A program made the position numbers and the translations under genes. Shown here piece after piece: positions 61,341 through 64,000 of a DNA stretch of 64,000 nt (positions are counted from its first letter, which is position 1; each line of letters opens with the position of its first letter). The DNA comes from an uncultured Gemmatimonadales bacterium (GTDB taxonomy: Bacteria; Gemmatimonadota; Gemmatimonadetes; Longimicrobiales; Gaopeijiaceae). The notes below the pieces were generated by a model that was given only the letters and a program-made list of their open reading frames with translations, made no database searches and was not told the DNA's origin. The stretch is taken from the NCBI GenBank assembly GCA_963809895.1, contig CAWELD010000003.1, forward strand, positions 128,001 through 192,000, given 5' to 3'.

Positions 61341-63560
61341 TCAGGCACCACCTCCGCCACCGCCGCGCCCGCGCCCCGGCGCTCCGGGACAGGGTCGGGT
61401 CAGCATGAACGCTGCCACGTCCGAGGCGTCCAATCCCGACAGGCGGTTGTAGCCGTCCACGGTCAACGCGCGCACGTGCAGGCGCTCGGAGAAGGCCCCC
61501 TGGTCACACCCGCCCAGCAACGTCAGGGGGTCGAGGCCCGCTTTGGTGAAGGTGCAGGTCGAGCTCCGCGTGAAGCCGTTCGCGGCGGCGGTCGTGACCG
61601 GCCCGTCCGCGTTGCCCGACGGAACCGGTGTCGACACTCCCCGCTCGGTGCGGAAGCGGAAGTGCGCCAGGCCTCCGGGACGGCCCGCGTCGAAGGCCAG
61701 GGCCACCGTGGGTGCCGGCCCGGTGAGCGTGACCACACCGCACGCCGGATCCACACCGATCCCGGTGCCCGAAACCGGCTGGACCTCGCCGCCGCAGCGG
61801 GCGTTGTCCACGTGCAGGACCATGCGGAACGCCACCGTCTTTCCGGCCTCGGTGATCCGGTGATAGGGATCGGCCACCGCGGTCAGCACCGGGTCGGTGC
61901 CGAAGGGGGCCTCGTTGGTGGCGTACCGCAACGTGATCCCCTCGTCCTCCCACGCCACGCGGGCTCCGGAATCGTCGAAGAGCTCGAGTTTGAGCTCGTA
62001 CTTCCCGGCCCTGGGATCGGCCAGCCCACACGAGGGGCGGGGTCCGTCGGGCCACGGCGGCGCCGAGGTCTCCAGGTGCGCGCTGGCCAGATCCTCGCGC
62101 TCGTCGGCCACCAGCCACTCGATGCCCCCGGTGGGGGGCTCCTTGGGACGGATCTGGAAGCGCCCGGCGTTGGCGCCCGCCGGCTCCGGGCCCATGACCG
62201 CCACCGGTGCCGTGCCGTCGGGCATGGTGTAGTGACGGATGACCTGCCGGCTCAGGGGCGTCCAGTCGGATTCGGTGCTCCCCAGGGGGCGCACGGACCA
62301 CAGGTAATGGTGGATCCCGTCGGCCGCCAACGCGGTGCGCCCGAACCAGACCCGCGGCTCCAGCTTGCCGCCGAAGGCGAAGCGCGCACTGCCCGATGCG
62401 GCGTAGGCGAATCCCTCTTCCGCCTTACCTTCGTCGGCTCCCGCGGCGCTCGTCAGGATCTCCCCGACGCTCACCGTGCGGCCCACCGACAGCACCCAGA
62501 CCTGCTTGCCGTCGAGATCCGGCTCGTCGCTGCAGCCGGGCACCCGGCTGTCGGAGACCCTCAGCACCACCTCCGAGCCGCATTCGTAGTCCCAGTGCGT
62601 CCAGCAGGGAAGCGGAGGCGCGTACACGGTCTCCCATCCGGCGCCGAAATCGTACTCGACACGGAAGTAGAGGTCCGGCTTGTCGCCGTCGCAGTCGTAG
62701 GGGAGGAGGAGCTGGAAGCGCCCGTTGGCGTCGGTGGTGACCACCGCCACCTCGTCGCACCGGTAGCGCCACCAACTGGGCCAGAAGCACAGATAGGGCA
62801 GCAGGAGGCGCCAGTTGTCCACCAGCGCGCGGCGAACGGCCGGCGTCGCGGAGGTGCGCAACACCGTCTGGAACTCCATGGGCAGCGCCGTGGACGCCAT
62901 CTGCGAGCGGCGCTCGAGGTCGAAACGGAAGAGCGGTCGATCGAAGGGCGCGGGATCCGGACCAGGCCCTGGAGGCAGGGGCGGCTCGGGAGGAAGCGGG
63001 CCGATGGGGGCGGGATCCGGCCGCGGTTCCGGCGGGAAGGGAAGGGGGATGGGCCGCAGCAGATCGTCGCGCAGCTTGAGGATGTCGCGGTCGGGAAGCT
63101 CCAGGATCCAGCGCGGGACTCGATCCACCTCGCAGATGCGGACCCGCGCTCCGCACACCCCGCGCTGGTCCGACGCGCGGATCACGCGGCCCTGCACGAG
63201 ACACAGGCAGAACGGCCAACCGTCGAGGATGCTCCCCGGAATCTCCACCTTCGTCGTGAGATCGCCCGCGATGCCTCCGCGGAGAACGGGCTCGAAGGCT
63301 CCCAGCGCCTGCAGTCGCGACGGTGCGGGCGCATCGTCCACGTCGGTGAGCCCCTTCGAGGCGGGGACCAGAAACACCCGGCTTCTGGCGACGTCGCCGG
63401 GCGACATCGACAGCGTCAGCTTTCCCGACTTGACGTCCCCGCGCTCGACGAGGTTCCCCTGTTTGTCGTAGACGAAGGCATGCAGGGACTCGTCGAAGTG
63501 GGGTCTGGCCTTGGTGGTGACCTCCAGGGTCACGTTGTCGCCGGTCTTTCGTCTGGCCAT
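61341..63560 (-). CDS. Hypothetical 739-aa Cys/Pro-rich multi-beta-sandwich protein (transthyretin/carboxypeptidase-regulatory-like module)
   Basis: GGAGG SD; VQGRV...GARVRICEVD, TTDANGRF, KPDLYFRV; Pro-rich insert; no signal peptide. Confidence 0.85.
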   Translation of the reverse strand: MARRKTGDNVTLEVTTKARPHFDESLHAFVYDKQGNLVERGDVKSGKLTLSMSPGDVARSRVFLVPASKGLTDVDDAPAPSRLQALGAFEPVLRGGIAGDLTTKVEIPGSILDGWPFCLCLVQGRVIRASDQRGVCGARVRICEVDRVPRWILELPDRDILKLRDDLLRPIPLPFPPEPRPDPAPIGPLPPEPPLPPGPGPDPAPFDRPLFRFDLERRSQMASTALPMEFQTVLRTSATPAVRRALVDNWRLLLPYLCFWPSWWRYRCDEVAVVTTDANGRFQLLLPYDCDGDKPDLYFRVEYDFGAGWETVYAPPLPCWTHWDYECGSEVVLRVSDSRVPGCSDEPDLDGKQVWVLSVGRTVSVGEILTSAAGADEGKAEEGFAYAASGSARFAFGGKLEPRVWFGRTALAADGIHHYLWSVRPLGSTESDWTPLSRQVIRHYTMPDGTAPVAVMGPEPAGANAGRFQIRPKEPPTGGIEWLVADEREDLASAHLETSAPPWPDGPRPSCGLADPRAGKYELKLELFDDSGARVAWEDEGITLRYATNEAPFGTDPVLTAVADPYHRITEAGKTVAFRMVLHVDNARCGGEVQPVSGTGIGVDPACGVVTLTGPAPTVALAFDAGRPGGLAHFRFRTERGVSTPVPSGNADGPVTTAAANGFTRSSTCTFTKAGLDPLTLLGGCDQGAFSERLHVRALTVDGYNRLSGLDASDVAAFMLTRPCPGAPGRGRGGGGGGA

Positions 63561-63621
63561 GCGCGCCTCCGCTGTGCAGCCGCCTGCCGTAGGCGGTCGG
63601 AAAAGAAAACTCGGGGTGCGG

Positions 63622-63676
63622 AGAATGTCCGACGGGCGTCCCAGGGCCATCTCGTTCCCGTCACGCAGACGTCCCG
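63622..63676 (-). promoter_or_regulatory. SARP-type heptamer direct repeats plus putative -10
   Basis: Minus strand CGGGACG, CGTGACG, CGAGATG, TGGGACG at exact 11-bp period; CATTCT 9 nt downstream. Confidence 0.72.
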
Positions 63677-63879
63677 ACCGCAGGTTGAAGATCTCTTGTG
63701 TTTTCGTCGACGACCGCCTAGACATTGGGGGCCGGGACGGCTCCCCACCGTCTCCGGCGCGTCCGGAGGCGCATGGACCGGACGCCGGCCGGTTCGCTCC
63801 CCGGGTTCGAGGTCGGGCGAGGTCGCGTAGGAGAGGGGCCCTCTCCAACCGGTCGCCACAGGGCAGCACGGGGTCGCAC

Positions 63880-64000
63880 ATGACCTCCCTCGCCATTCAC
63901 CTGTTCGGGGGCGTCCGGGTCCTGCTCGACGGTGAGCCGCTCGGACCGTTTCCCACTCGTTGGTCCGCAGGGCTCCTGGGCTACCTGGCCCTTCACCGCC
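63880..64000 (+). CDS. SARP/AfsR/BTAD-type transcriptional activator (N-terminal fragment, truncated by window end)
   Basis: MTSLAIHLFGGVRVLLDGEPLGPFPTRWSAGLLGYLALHR matches the typical L-x-I-x-L-F-G...LL-x-YL-x-L start; absent from the ORF track. Confidence 0.75.
   Translation, partial: MTSLAIHLFGGVRVLLDGEPLGPFPTRWSAGLLGYLALHR

Overview
High-GC bacterial chromosome segment (roughly 70% by eye). Gemmatimonadota-like origin is inferred from the PadR/duplicated-permease pairs, ECF modules and gene content. About 55 real CDSs are supported; most long ORFs in the track are shadow frames. Housekeeping and envelope genes include the priA 3' end, an acyl-CoA synthetase, two ECF sigma/anti-sigma modules around a MacAB-like exporter, thrC, pepP, ggt, murQ-anmK, a BamA/TamA-like protein and class II nrdJ with tandem NrdR boxes. 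No rRNA, tRNA, CRISPR array or mobile element was recognised. Two uncharacterised systems stand out. (1) 27175-32599 is a translationally coupled operon: a CHASE2 adenylate cyclase fused to an exported domain, an M48 lipoprotein peptidase, and a cNMP-binding patatin phospholipase. (2) 59820-64000 holds two convergent Cys-rich unknown genes, one resembling a beta-pore former. Their promoters share the same 11-bp-phased heptamer repeats, and a SARP/BTAD-type activator begins at the window end. Smaller points: a sigma54-driven 64-aa orphan, an ATT-initiated DUF3291 gene, an alpha/beta-hydrolase-PilZ fusion, and three +1 G frameshifts that are probably sequencing errors.
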